Part shown: positions 19,195-28,572 of the stretch, piece by piece
How the letters are laid out: every line of letters begins with the position of its first letter
How positions within the stretch are numbered: the first letter of the stretch is position 1
Origin: Pseudobacteriovorax sp.
GTDB taxonomy: Bacteria; Bdellovibrionota_B; Oligoflexia; Oligoflexales; Oligoflexaceae
DNA length: 64,000 bases
Assembly: GCA_050293845.1 (NCBI GenBank)
Contig: JBNKNM010000002.1
Span: 1 to 64,000 of the forward strand
Direction of reading: 5' to 3'
Notes under the pieces: model-generated
What the model was told of the DNA's origin: nothing
Seen by the model: the letters and a program-made list of their open reading frames with translations, nothing else
Database searches by the model: none
Made by a program: the position numbers and the translations under genes

Positions 19195-19653
19195 ATGGAC
19201 GTTTTACAGTACATTATAGACTATCAAGTAAGACTAAAAGAGCAGGCTGATAGCTTCCTAACGGATGGTGGACAAAAACTTGAAAAGTGGGACCAGCTTA
19301 AAAAAACTCTTTATAGCAAGTCGAAGATCGATAGAGATTACTTATTTCCAGAGGTGGCAGAGCTCTCGAACCTTGCCAATAGTACGGTAAAAAAATCCAT
19401 AGCGCTTTTAGCTAAAGTGGACGATTTGCTAGAGCGTGCGGATGTTGTTATGCAAAAGGGGGATCAGGTTTCTTTCCTGGAGCTTGTTGTGTCAATTAAA
19501 TTAGCTCTTACGGTCTACTTTGACTTTATCCAGAAGGAAATGCTTCCTATAATCCGAAGTAAAATGCCTACTTATGTAAGGGAAGAGCTCTCTGAAGTGC
19601 TGGATGATATGGTTAATGAAGATATAGAATCTGGTGTAGCATTGTATGCATAA
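19195..19653 (+). CDS. Hypothetical helical protein, degenerate hemerythrin-like
   Basis: ATG 19195 behind GAGG; DYLFP and KEMLP repeats of the hemerythrin pattern but no His. Confidence 0.65.
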   Translation: MDVLQYIIDYQVRLKEQADSFLTDGGQKLEKWDQLKKTLYSKSKIDRDYLFPEVAELSNLANSTVKKSIALLAKVDDLLERADVVMQKGDQVSFLELVVSIKLALTVYFDFIQKEMLPIIRSKMPTYVREELSEVLDDMVNEDIESGVALYA

Positions 19654-19798
19654 TGGATGTTGTGGCCGATCAGGAAAGTAAATCCTTGACGGTCATAGCG
19701 ATCTCATGTAACAAAGCTCTTTCCTAGCATTGGGTTGCATGTCATCCCGGATTATCAAACGGAAGTTAGCCAGTAGCTAAGTATAGATAGGTCCAGAT

Positions 19799-20188
19799 AT
19801 GAAAAACAGCATCATTTCAGCTTTTGAAAAGAAAAAATTTGAAAAAGAACCAAACCTTCCCGAGTTTAGACCCGGAGATACTGTGAAGGTTCATTATAGA
19901 ATCCAAGAAGGTGCTGATAAGAGTAAGTTTCGTATCCAGCCCTTTGAGGGGGTTGTTATCCGCTTTAAAAAAGGTGGAGTTGAGTCAACCTTTACTGTGC
20001 GCAAAGTGGGAGCCAACGGTGTAGGTGTAGAGCGGGTTTTTCCCATTTACTCTCCGAACATTTCCAAAATTGATGTTTTGGCCTCTGGTGTTGTCCGCCG
20101 GTCACGACTTTTTTACTTACGAGAGCTTTCTGGAAAAGCTGCCCGTATCAAAAGTCGCTATATCCCGCGAAAAAAAAGCAGCAAGTAG
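19799..20188 (+). CDS. rplS: 50S ribosomal protein L19
   Basis: [34 protein letters not shown]. Confidence 0.98.
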   Translation: MKNSIISAFEKKKFEKEPNLPEFRPGDTVKVHYRIQEGADKSKFRIQPFEGVVIRFKKGGVESTFTVRKVGANGVGVERVFPIYSPNISKIDVLASGVVRRSRLFYLRELSGKAARIKSRYIPRKKSSK

Positions 20189-20192
20189 CAAG

Positions 20193-20552
20193 TTAAGCTT
20201 GGATGTGGCTATAGCGATATAGTCTTTGCATACGGCTTCCTGTAACTACAAAAAGGTCTATTCTAAGATAAGAAACCTCTATCGAGGAATGGTCAATATA
20301 GCGCAGAGCTCCTTTTTTGATTCTTTGGAGCTGAGCGCTGCTGACAATATTTTGCATGATGCAGGTTTCCGGATTAAAGCTCTTCCTAAACTTCACTTCT
20401 CCCATCAGAAGCGTTCCCTCGCTATCCAAAGCTAAGATATCGATTTCAAAGCCACGGCCGCGATAATTGCGCGCACAGATATGCCATCCTTGCTGGCGTA
20501 ATAAGCCGCTAACAGCGGCTTCGGCTCGCCTGGCCTTACTGAATGCTGCCAT
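20193..20552 (-). CDS. yraN: YraN (UPF0102) family putative nuclease
   Basis: AE......L...G..I.ARNYR...FEIDI.A......EVKFR, RID; downstream of rnhB. Confidence 0.88.
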   Translation of the reverse strand: MAAFSKARRAEAAVSGLLRQQGWHICARNYRGRGFEIDILALDSEGTLLMGEVKFRKSFNPETCIMQNIVSSAQLQRIKKGALRYIDHSSIEVSYLRIDLFVVTGSRMQRLYRYSHIQA

Positions 20553-21192
20553 TTTTTACCATACGGGCAACGGGAGCAAAGTTGCGCCGATGGAGTGGGC
20601 AGATACCGTGCTCGGCAATGCCCCTGAGGTGTTTGGCTGTGCCATAACCAACATTAGCGGAGAAGTCATAAGCAGGGTATTTTTGTGCTTGGCCTCGCAT
20701 TAGCTCATCCCGTGCTTCCTTGGCAAGGATAGAGGCGGCGGCAATAGCAAAGCATAGGGCATCACCCCCTACAATGGCCCGTTGCTCACCCCCATAACGG
20801 GGTAAAGGGTGCTTACCATCTAGTAGCAGCAGGTCTGGACTGGATGGGCACTGCCGCATGGCGCGTCTCATAGCTCGAAATGTCGCGGGGACGATGCCGT
20901 ATTTTTCGATCTCCCGGGCTGAAGAAGAACTGACACCCCATTCTTTGCTAATATTATGGATAATCGGAATAATACTTTGTCTTTGCTTCTGACTTAGGGT
21001 TTTAGAGTCGCGGATTAATTCTTTTTCACGAACGCTAAGTTTATCCAGAAGAGAATAATCAAGGGCGACACAAGCAGCAAATACAGGACCCGCGAGGCAG
21101 CCTCGGCCGACTTCATCTACGCCGAAAATGATGGAGTACTGCTTGAGAAAGTCCGCTTCTATTTTTCCTTTTTTAGGGGGGAGAACTGTCAT
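20536..21192 (-). CDS. rnhB: Ribonuclease HII
   Basis: GVDEVGRGCLAGPV, DSK, AAASILAK, GYGT..H, HRR.F. Confidence 0.97.
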   Translation of the reverse strand: MTVLPPKKGKIEADFLKQYSIIFGVDEVGRGCLAGPVFAACVALDYSLLDKLSVREKELIRDSKTLSQKQRQSIIPIIHNISKEWGVSSSSAREIEKYGIVPATFRAMRRAMRQCPSSPDLLLLDGKHPLPRYGGEQRAIVGGDALCFAIAAASILAKEARDELMRGQAQKYPAYDFSANVGYGTAKHLRGIAEHGICPLHRRNFAPVARMVKNGSIQ

Positions 21193-21505
21193 GATGTAGT
21201 CTTTCGATAAACTCTCTTAGTTTAACCCTAGGATGACGGCCTAATACCCTGTCTGTAACCACTCCTTCCTTTAAGGCGAAGAGAGATGGAATTTTTGTGA
21301 CTCCTAGGCTGGCCGGTATGTTAGCATTTTCATCGATATCCATACAAAAGAAACTTACCTTATCTTGGTATGAATCTGCTAGCTCTTCCAATATTTCGCG
21401 GATCGGTTGGCAGGGCTTGGACCAAGGAGCGTAAAAAAAGATCACAGCAGGATGACTCAACGTGCTGGTAACGTGATCGTAATTAGTATCGCTGATTTTT
21501 TCCAT
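21173..21505 (-). CDS. Thioredoxin-family protein with atypical WSKPC site
   Basis: FYAPWSKPC, DIDEN, cis-Pro motif KIPS. Confidence 0.85.
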   Translation of the reverse strand: MEKISDTNYDHVTSTLSHPAVIFFYAPWSKPCQPIREILEELADSYQDKVSFFCMDIDENANIPASLGVTKIPSLFALKEGVVTDRVLGRHPRVKLREFIERLHHDSSPP

Positions 21506-21520
21506 CGGTGTTCCTTTCTA

Positions 21521-21811
21521 TTAAAGGTCGATCCGCCGTCTTGATTTGGCAATGAGAATACGACAAACTTTCTGGTCGATAATCTTTAGGCTAGGGGGAT
21601 AGGACCAGTCTTGGCGCTCCTTAAAAAATTGAGGAATGATCTCAGAAAGGATCAATAGGAGCTGGTCTTCCTCACCTTCTGCAAGACGGAGCCACTTGCC
21701 GATGTATTCGTATTCAATATAGGGGAGTACGTGTCCTTTTTTACGGTGGGACAAGATAAACTGGGCGACTAAGTGCCTACCTGTTAGGTTTTGTTCGGGA
21801 ATAAAGCTCAT
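21521..21811 (-). CDS. Hypothetical protein
   Basis: 96-aa ORF translationally coupled (TAATG) to the upstream gene. Confidence 0.7.
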   Translation of the reverse strand: MSFIPEQNLTGRHLVAQFILSHRKKGHVLPYIEYEYIGKWLRLAEGEEDQLLLILSEIIPQFFKERQDWSYPPSLKIIDQKVCRILIAKSRRRIDL

Positions 21812-22338
21812 TATTTGTCCTCAGCACGCATTTTAGCTAATTGAGATTCGATTTCTATTATTTTGTCTTGCATGCTGTCAAGGCGCTCTTGATACCGCAT
21901 GATTTCGTGTAGATGATCATGTATGCGTAATAAGTTTGCCACTCGAATGGGTATAGAGTCAATGTGCTTAGGGTTAACTATGTCGAAGTACCAATTGTTA
22001 GCAGCAAATTCATGCATAGCTGAAGATAGCTCGTAGCCCTCTACTTCGCTAAAGATCAATGCTGGAGTCCAGATACTATTTTGGTGTAAGATGCGTTTAT
22101 TAATGCCTAATAACCATTGGGAAAATTCGTGATCTTCGACCAGCAAGGCTGAGATCAGAAGTAAGTCACAAGGGTTAAAATTCTCACTGTCTAAGGATTT
22201 TAGTGTGATCAGGTCAAAGTCAGGCAAGAAGCTTAACTGTTTTTCAAAGTTCAACTTATGTGCATCAACAAACCTTTTCTCACTATCCCAATAACAAATA
22301 CGTCGTCGCCTAAAAAAGTTAGAAGATTGTTTTTTCAA
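21811..22338 (-). CDS. Hypothetical protein, pseudo-receiver-like with coiled-coil tail
   Basis: PCDLLLISA, TPALIFS, DIVNP, RVANLLR resemble a receiver fold; GGAG RBS with TTG start. Confidence 0.65.
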   Translation of the reverse strand: MKKQSSNFFRRRRICYWDSEKRFVDAHKLNFEKQLSFLPDFDLITLKSLDSENFNPCDLLLISALLVEDHEFSQWLLGINKRILHQNSIWTPALIFSEVEGYELSSAMHEFAANNWYFDIVNPKHIDSIPIRVANLLRIHDHLHEIMRYQERLDSMQDKIIEIESQLAKMRAEDK

Positions 22339-22396
22339 ACCTTTCTCCAGGGGCTAAAATTATCGATGGAATTGTTATACTAGTCTAGCTGATTTC

Positions 22397-23434
22397 TTGA
22401 TTTTCGAGGAGCATAACATGAAGTTAACGGTAGAAGTTCCCACACGAGTTGATCTTGCCGGTGGAACTTTGGATATATACCCTCTTACGGAGGTACTAGA
22501 ATACAGTTGCACCATTAATGTTGGGGTTAATCTAAGCGCTCGTGTCAGTATTGAGGCCAAGGATGGTGTTTCGGAAGTAAGGAGTATGGACCAAAGACAG
22601 ACCCAGATATTAGCTCCGCAATGGCGATCTAAATCCCAACTTCCGCTTATTTCTGAGATCTATTTTCGCATGTGGGAGCAAAATTGGCCATCTGTTTTAA
22701 TCACTACTTCCTGTCAATCACCGTCGGGAGCAGGTTTGGGGGGGTCTTCCGCCCTAGGCATTGGAGTGGCTACAGCCCTTAATCTTTGGGCTTACAAAAA
22801 TGGTTGGGCGGAAAAGCTTTCAGAGAAAAGCATTGTTGCCATGGTGCAGTCTATAGAAACTCGTGTGATTCATTGTCCAACCGGGTGCCAAGACTACTGG
22901 GGGGCGGTGAGGGGGCGTATCAACCTCATTCATTTCAATGATGGGTCTCCCGTAGTTGAAACCCTCAACGCGGAAGATGCTGGATATTTGAAGGATCGAC
23001 TGATTCTTTGTTACTCTGGTAAATCACGGGCATCCGGTATGAATAATTGGTCGATATTCAAACAAGTTTTCGATGGAGATAAGACGCTGATTCAGCAACT
23101 AAACAGCATCGGTAAAGTAACACAGCTAATGGCGAAAGCCATTAAACAAAAAGATTGGCCGCAAGCAGTGGATCTTTCTGGCGAAGAGTGGGTTTTGAGA
23201 AAACAATTGTGGCCCCATATAGAAACATCAGAAACTCGTAGTATCGATGAGCTAGCGCTTGCTGCAGGAGCAAAGTTTACAAGGGTATGTGGTGCAGGAG
23301 GGGGAGGGGTTATGGCCATCCTGGTTGAACCAGATAAGTATGAAATAGTACGGGACCGACTACAAAATAGTTCAGGTAGCGTTTTACAAGCTTTAATCAG
23401 CGATGAGGGAATACGTGCACAGATTATTGATTAA
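22397..23434 (+). CDS. GHMP-family sugar kinase (HddA/heptose-7-phosphate kinase-like)
   Basis: PTRVDLAGG..D, PSGAGLGGSS, G.QD, CGAGGGG; likely start at ATG 22418. Confidence 0.9.
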   Translation: MIFEEHNMKLTVEVPTRVDLAGGTLDIYPLTEVLEYSCTINVGVNLSARVSIEAKDGVSEVRSMDQRQTQILAPQWRSKSQLPLISEIYFRMWEQNWPSVLITTSCQSPSGAGLGGSSALGIGVATALNLWAYKNGWAEKLSEKSIVAMVQSIETRVIHCPTGCQDYWGAVRGRINLIHFNDGSPVVETLNAEDAGYLKDRLILCYSGKSRASGMNNWSIFKQVFDGDKTLIQQLNSIGKVTQLMAKAIKQKDWPQAVDLSGEEWVLRKQLWPHIETSETRSIDELALAAGAKFTRVCGAGGGGVMAILVEPDKYEIVRDRLQNSSGSVLQALISDEGIRAQIID

Positions 23435-25682
23435 TACAGCGACGTTAGCCGTAGGGGTTCTATTATCAGCGGCCTGTGCCACGCAGAGGGTTCTCCCGCT
23501 TCTGGATATTACCGTTACGCCATTGCGTTTCCATCAGGCTACCAACTTTCAGGATCAAATAAAAACATTCGAATTCCTACAGGCTCAAGAAGAATATCAT
23601 CAGCTTAAGACCGAAGATATGAAGGATCTCCTCTGGGCTTTACACTATCAAGAAGTCGGTGATTTAAGAAAAAGTCTTGAATATTGGATGAAAATATTAA
23701 GTGATGACCATCCATCATTGCAAAATAAAGCCTTTGCAAGTTGGGTGACAACACTTGACCAAATTATGGGTCAGAAAAAAGAAATAGCTGCAATAGCCGC
23801 GTTTTTCTGGCAGGAGCCCCAGCTGCAACAAAGTAAATTTGCAAAGCGTCACGGCTGGACTGAAGAGCAAAATATTTTACCAAAAATTGCTGCGATTTTA
23901 GATGTAAAAAACAATCTTGCAGCCAATGAAGGGAATATGCCGGAAGACCCCTTTCTTGCCATCAAGGCCGCGCAGTACTGTGAGAACCCTGACGATTCTA
24001 GGTGGAGTACCTATCTAGAGGGACTCCCAGAAAGCCTTTTGGGCTATTGGCAGGCACTGATTTTAGATTGTAAAGGTCAGCCTACTTTAGCTTTGGAAAA
24101 ATTTGAAGCGATTTACAAAGATTTATCTACTGGTCAGGATTACCTGAGTTACGCCTACTATGCAAGTAAAGCCATGATAAGATTGCAAAAGTATGTAGGG
24201 AACCGAGAGGCCACTGCTGATGCCTACAAAAGAACTTTGGAGCTAATCTATCGCAACGATTTTCAACCTTCGCATCTCAACGAAGATAAGGACTTCCCAT
24301 TATTTTACGAGAGACTCAATATTAAACTATGGACAGCACGTTACAATGCTTTAGTGGGAAACTATAAGGAGGCTAGCACTCTCGTTCAGGAGGCCTTAGC
24401 CTCAGTAAAAGGCCAAAATCTGAAGGATTATTCTCGGAAAGAGGTCAGGAGTATTACCGAGCTTATGGCGGAAGCTTATCATATTAGCGCCTTTCGTATA
24501 TCTCTAGAGCAACAGGAATATGATATTTCGGCCATGAATAGTGAATTGGGGGCACAGCTAGATCCTTTATCTGAAAACTGGAAATGGAGGTTTCAATGGT
24601 ATAAAGGCTGGTACCGCTACCTCCAAGGAATGGTGAAACAGGCACAAGATAGTTGGTTGGAGCTTGTGGAAGACGATATTGCTTCCGTTTGGCGTGAAAA
24701 GGCTTTGTTTTGGCTAGCCTTCACAATGAAGAACTTGCAAAAGCAAAAAGCATTTGAAATCTATCGCGATCGACTTTATCGGGATTTTCCCTTTGGCTTT
24801 TATACTATTTACAGCGGCCTTAAATTAGGGTGGGCGCAGTCAAATGACTTTAAAGCAGAAAACTTTCAGCACAAACTTTCTCAATGGAACCTTGATATAG
24901 CCCCCCTCATGGCTGATGAAGATCTCAAGATGTTGCACCAAAGGATTTTATTCGCTCTTAAATTGGGCAATAGCACGATTATTAAGGAGGAAATTCTTTC
25001 CCTCTATCGTCTGAGCCGAAAAAGAATATCAACAAATCATCTTGAGACTTATCTCTATATTAGTCGCTTGCTGCTTGTGGGGCACCAGTATCCCCTGGCG
25101 ATGGGATTAAGTTTTGAGCTATCCCAAAGATTTGAAGATTTGTGGGAAACATACCCCGAACAGATTTTGGTGTCTTTTCCCAACGCATATTTTCACGAAG
25201 TCAAAGCTGTGGCTCAAGATAATAACTTAGATCCCTATTTGTTATTGGGGTTAATCCGTCAAGAGAGTGCATTCGACAGGGAGGCTACAAGTTGGATAGG
25301 GGCTAAGGGCTTACTCCAGCTGATGCCGCATACAGCAGCAAAATATTTACAAGAATTTCCGATGAATGAAGAAGCTTTAACGAGCAGCCTGGAAGAACCT
25401 CTGTTCAACCTTCAGTTAGCGGGAAAACACCTCTCCTATCTGCAACAGCACTATAAGGGGGATCTTTTTAAGGTCTGTGCTGCCTATAACGCTGGTGAGT
25501 ATGTCGTTGATCGCTGGATCACCCGCCGTCGTGGAGAAAATGAGTTGGTATGGCTGGAAAATATACCCTTTTCAGAAACCCAGAAGTATGTCAAATTTGT
25601 AATACGCAATCGCATCGTGTATCAAAAAATCTATGACCTCGAAGATAGCCATACTATTAAGGCTCCCCAGGGTGAGATATGA
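23403..25682 (+). CDS. Soluble lytic murein transglycosylase (Slt70-like) lipoprotein
   Basis: Lipobox SAAC, helical repeat body, SLT motifs RQES.F, GA.GLLQLMP.TA, AAYNAG, IPFSET..YV. Confidence 0.92.
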   Translation: MREYVHRLLINTATLAVGVLLSAACATQRVLPLLDITVTPLRFHQATNFQDQIKTFEFLQAQEEYHQLKTEDMKDLLWALHYQEVGDLRKSLEYWMKILSDDHPSLQNKAFASWVTTLDQIMGQKKEIAAIAAFFWQEPQLQQSKFAKRHGWTEEQNILPKIAAILDVKNNLAANEGNMPEDPFLAIKAAQYCENPDDSRWSTYLEGLPESLLGYWQALILDCKGQPTLALEKFEAIYKDLSTGQDYLSYAYYASKAMIRLQKYVGNREATADAYKRTLELIYRNDFQPSHLNEDKDFPLFYERLNIKLWTARYNALVGNYKEASTLVQEALASVKGQNLKDYSRKEVRSITELMAEAYHISAFRISLEQQEYDISAMNSELGAQLDPLSENWKWRFQWYKGWYRYLQGMVKQAQDSWLELVEDDIASVWREKALFWLAFTMKNLQKQKAFEIYRDRLYRDFPFGFYTIYSGLKLGWAQSNDFKAENFQHKLSQWNLDIAPLMADEDLKMLHQRILFALKLGNSTIIKEEILSLYRLSRKRISTNHLETYLYISRLLLVGHQYPLAMGLSFELSQRFEDLWETYPEQILVSFPNAYFHEVKAVAQDNNLDPYLLLGLIRQESAFDREATSWIGAKGLLQLMPHTAAKYLQEFPMNEEALTSSLEEPLFNLQLAGKHLSYLQQHYKGDLFKVCAAYNAGEYVVDRWITRRRGENELVWLENIPFSETQKYVKFVIRNRIVYQKIYDLEDSHTIKAPQGEI

Positions 25683-25761
25683 TTTTTCCTTTTTATTGAC
25701 CTGACAACATGATACAAATTTTGCGACTTTGATTAACAGTATCTTGTGGAGATTAGATTTC

Positions 25762-25905
25762 ATGAGTAGCAAAGAATTGCAGGAAAAAAATGCCCGTGAA
25801 ATTACTGGGTGGCTGACTATGGCGCTGATGATGACTCTTTTTCCCATATTATTCTTTTTATGTGTATGGGCGCCAATGTGGTTCGGAAGTACCACTCCTT
25901 ACTAG
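25762..25905 (+). CDS. Small (47 aa) single-pass membrane protein, absent from ORF track
   Basis: MSSKELQEKNAREITGWLTMALMMTLFPILFFLCVWAPMWFGSTTPY*; GGAG 10 nt upstream; fills an otherwise empty gap. Confidence 0.55.
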   Translation: MSSKELQEKNAREITGWLTMALMMTLFPILFFLCVWAPMWFGSTTPY

Positions 25906-25991
25906 TGCAACATAACTTTCTATTGCCTCCCACTTGAAAAAAATAGTAAGTCACATAGCCTTTGGTAAATTTCTAGCTAGGGGCGGGCAAA

Positions 25992-26915
25992 ATGAAGAGT
26001 CAGGTAGGTGTGAATATGTCCATTCAGCGCGCAGGCGTTACGGCTACCCTATTGACAACGCTGCGGTCCATACTACAGATGATGAAACCAACAATTTCAC
26101 TTTTGGTAGTTGTTACGGTAATTCCTTCTTACTTGATTGCCAGTCAAGGGACGTCATCGCTATCTCTCTTACTGATAGTATTGCTGGGGACCTTTTTGGC
26201 TTCCGGTTCCGCTGGTATATTCAACCACCTAGCCGACTCTGATATCGATGGCTATATGAATCGGACTAGCTCCCGGCCTCTACCCACGGGCAAAGTAAGT
26301 ACTTTTGGGGCATCGACTGCGGCTGTTCTGTTGGGTGTAAGTTCGTTCTATATCCTCTATATGCATGCTACTCCCTTGGCTGCATGGATAGCCTTGGGGG
26401 CTAATGCTTTTTATGTATTAATTTATACGATGTATCTCAAACGCCGTACCGTGCACAATATAGTCATTGGCGGTGCTGCTGGTGCCGTAGGGCCTCTTAT
26501 AGGCTATGCTGCGGTTAAAGGAAGCCTAGACCTATCATCAATCCTCTTATTTTTGATCATTTTCCTCTGGACCCCTCCCCACTTTTGGGCCCTGGCCATT
26601 AAATACCGCAAGGACTATTCTAAAGCTGGTATTCCCATGCTGCCATCCGTTAAAGGAGTTTGGGTGAGTAAGCAGCATATATTCTTCTATACTCTGACTT
26701 TAATTCCGACTGTGTTGAGTCTGTTCTTTCTGGGAACAGCGGGGTGGCTGTATTTTATAGCTAGTGGTTCTCTAACCTTATACTTCGTATGGCTGGCTTA
26801 TAAGCTACTGCGATCCAAAGGGGAAGAAGAGGCCATGCCTCTATTTCTGTATTCTTGCTTTTACTTATTCGGAATTTTTGGTTTCTTGGCCCTCGATCTC
26901 ATGATTATAGCATGA
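25992..26915 (+). CDS. cyoE: Protoheme IX farnesyltransferase (heme O synthase)
   Basis: N...D.DID..M.RT..RPLP.G, YT..LKRRT..NIVIGG, LWTPPHFWAL, DY..AGIPMLP. Confidence 0.96.
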   Translation: MKSQVGVNMSIQRAGVTATLLTTLRSILQMMKPTISLLVVVTVIPSYLIASQGTSSLSLLLIVLLGTFLASGSAGIFNHLADSDIDGYMNRTSSRPLPTGKVSTFGASTAAVLLGVSSFYILYMHATPLAAWIALGANAFYVLIYTMYLKRRTVHNIVIGGAAGAVGPLIGYAAVKGSLDLSSILLFLIIFLWTPPHFWALAIKYRKDYSKAGIPMLPSVKGVWVSKQHIFFYTLTLIPTVLSLFFLGTAGWLYFIASGSLTLYFVWLAYKLLRSKGEEEAMPLFLYSCFYLFGIFGFLALDLMIIA

Positions 26916-27847
26916 AGCCCATAGTTTCGGTTTCAGCAACAAGCTTTTGTGGCAACAGCGATTTGGTGGAAGATGCCCGCCGCAGGTTTCCAGACATCAC
27001 CTTCAAGTTCTGCTCACCTCAGCAACAATGGAATCAACTGACCTTAAGTGAATTTCTATCGGGGAGTTCCGGATGGATTGTGGGGAAGGAACCGGTTTCT
27101 GATGATTTACTAAAGAAAATCCCCGGGCTTAGGGTTATCAGTAAATACGGTGTAGGTATTGATAATATTGATTTTGCTGCCTGTGATCGTCGGGGAGTCG
27201 CTGTGTACTTCGAATCAGGGGTTAACAGCCAGGAGGTCGCTGAGCTGACCCTAGGTTTGATGATCAGTGCATCACGTAATATTGGTAAAGGGTTGTGGCA
27301 TCTTAAACAGGGCCGCTGGGTTAAGGATGGTGGTCAAAACTTCAGCGGTAAAAAAGTAGGTATTGTTGGCTTTGGTCATGTTGGCTCAAAAGTAGCGGCG
27401 CTTTGTAAGAGCTTTGGCTGTCAGGTCCTTGTCAATGATATTCAGGACTATTTTGAGGAAACTCACCAAAAAGGCTACAAATGGTTAGATCTTGGCTCAA
27501 TTGTTGCTGAATCAGATATATTGAGTTTTCATGTGCCTTTGACCGAAAAGACTAGGAGCATGCTGAGTGGACCCCTACTGAATTCTCTTAGCCCGAACGT
27601 CATAGTGGTTAATACTAGCCGGGGTGAAGTCATTGATCAGAAGGCTTTGACCAAGATGCTGGCTGAAAAGCGTATTCGGGGGCTGGCCCTCGATGTTTAC
27701 ACTGAGGAGCCATTGAAGGATAACTCTTTGTATTCACAAGATGATTTTATAGGGACGGCGCATATTGCGGGAAACAGCCGTGAAGCAGTGTGGAAGATGG
27801 GTCAGGCAGCATTGAATGGAATCAAAAAAATCCTACTTGATCAGTAA
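26912..27847 (+). CDS. D-isomer-specific 2-hydroxyacid / phosphoglycerate dehydrogenase family protein
   Basis: YGVGIDNID, GFGHVG, VNTSRG, LDVY..EP, AHIAG; start set at the ATGA overlap with cyoE. Confidence 0.9.
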   Translation: MKPIVSVSATSFCGNSDLVEDARRRFPDITFKFCSPQQQWNQLTLSEFLSGSSGWIVGKEPVSDDLLKKIPGLRVISKYGVGIDNIDFAACDRRGVAVYFESGVNSQEVAELTLGLMISASRNIGKGLWHLKQGRWVKDGGQNFSGKKVGIVGFGHVGSKVAALCKSFGCQVLVNDIQDYFEETHQKGYKWLDLGSIVAESDILSFHVPLTEKTRSMLSGPLLNSLSPNVIVVNTSRGEVIDQKALTKMLAEKRIRGLALDVYTEEPLKDNSLYSQDDFIGTAHIAGNSREAVWKMGQAALNGIKKILLDQ

Positions 27848-27892
27848 ACATTAATGCTTATATTTAAATGTGCTTTGATCTGACTGCGAGGA

Positions 27893-28120
27893 ATGCAAAT
27901 GTTTGACGAAATCAAAAAAATTATTGCTGACGATATCAATCCTCAGCTGGAGCTGCATGCTGGTGGCTGCGAGTTGCTCGATGTGGAGGATGGTATTGTA
28001 ACCCTCCGACTATACGGAGGATGTTCGGGATGCCCCTCATCACAGATTACACTATTTAACGGCATTGTCCCTATTCTCAAGGAAAAAATTCCTGACATAA
28101 AAGATGTAGTTTTAGGATAG
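27893..28120 (+). CDS. NifU/Nfu C-terminal domain protein
   Basis: INPQL..H.GG.ELLDV, GGCSGCPSS. Confidence 0.9.
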   Translation: MQMFDEIKKIIADDINPQLELHAGGCELLDVEDGIVTLRLYGGCSGCPSSQITLFNGIVPILKEKIPDIKDVVLG

Positions 28121-28269
28121 GCTTTTGACAACTGCTAGGGAATCTTACGAAGCACTTCTCCCTATGTCTCCATATTATAGTATTTTTTTTATGGAATAGG
28201 GATTGCAGGTTAACAGATAGCCTTCCTGGCTTATTTACTGTTGTAGTTACCTGCTGAAGTGGAGACCTT

Positions 28270-28572
28270 ATGGCATCGATCGTATTTGAGTGTAATTTAG
28301 ATGATGAAACTATGTCAGCGCTCAAGGAACTGCGATCGCTGCGACATCAGGTACTTAAGAAAATTTTGGACGACATAAATGGTACTGTGAAGTACTTGGT
28401 TGCTACAGAAGCGATTCCTGCCCATGAACAAAAATCCCAGACACCCCAGGTTCAGGCGGAAGTTAAGGCGAAGCTGGAAGAGCTTGAGCAAAGGATGCAA
28501 GTCCCCCATATCATCTTTGCTGATGAAATCGAAATGTACCTAGACCTGCTATCTTCAGAGCCGACCCATTAA
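28270..28572 (+). CDS. Hypothetical protein
   Basis: 100-aa ORF with GGAG RBS; helical. Confidence 0.7.
   Translation: MASIVFECNLDDETMSALKELRSLRHQVLKKILDDINGTVKYLVATEAIPAHEQKSQTPQVQAEVKAKLEELEQRMQVPHIIFADEIEMYLDLLSSEPTH

Noticed and set aside
25572..26242. ORF-track entries 25572-25895 (-) and 25934-26242 (+)
   Set aside because: They shadow slt, the 47-aa ORF and cyoE, with no protein-like features
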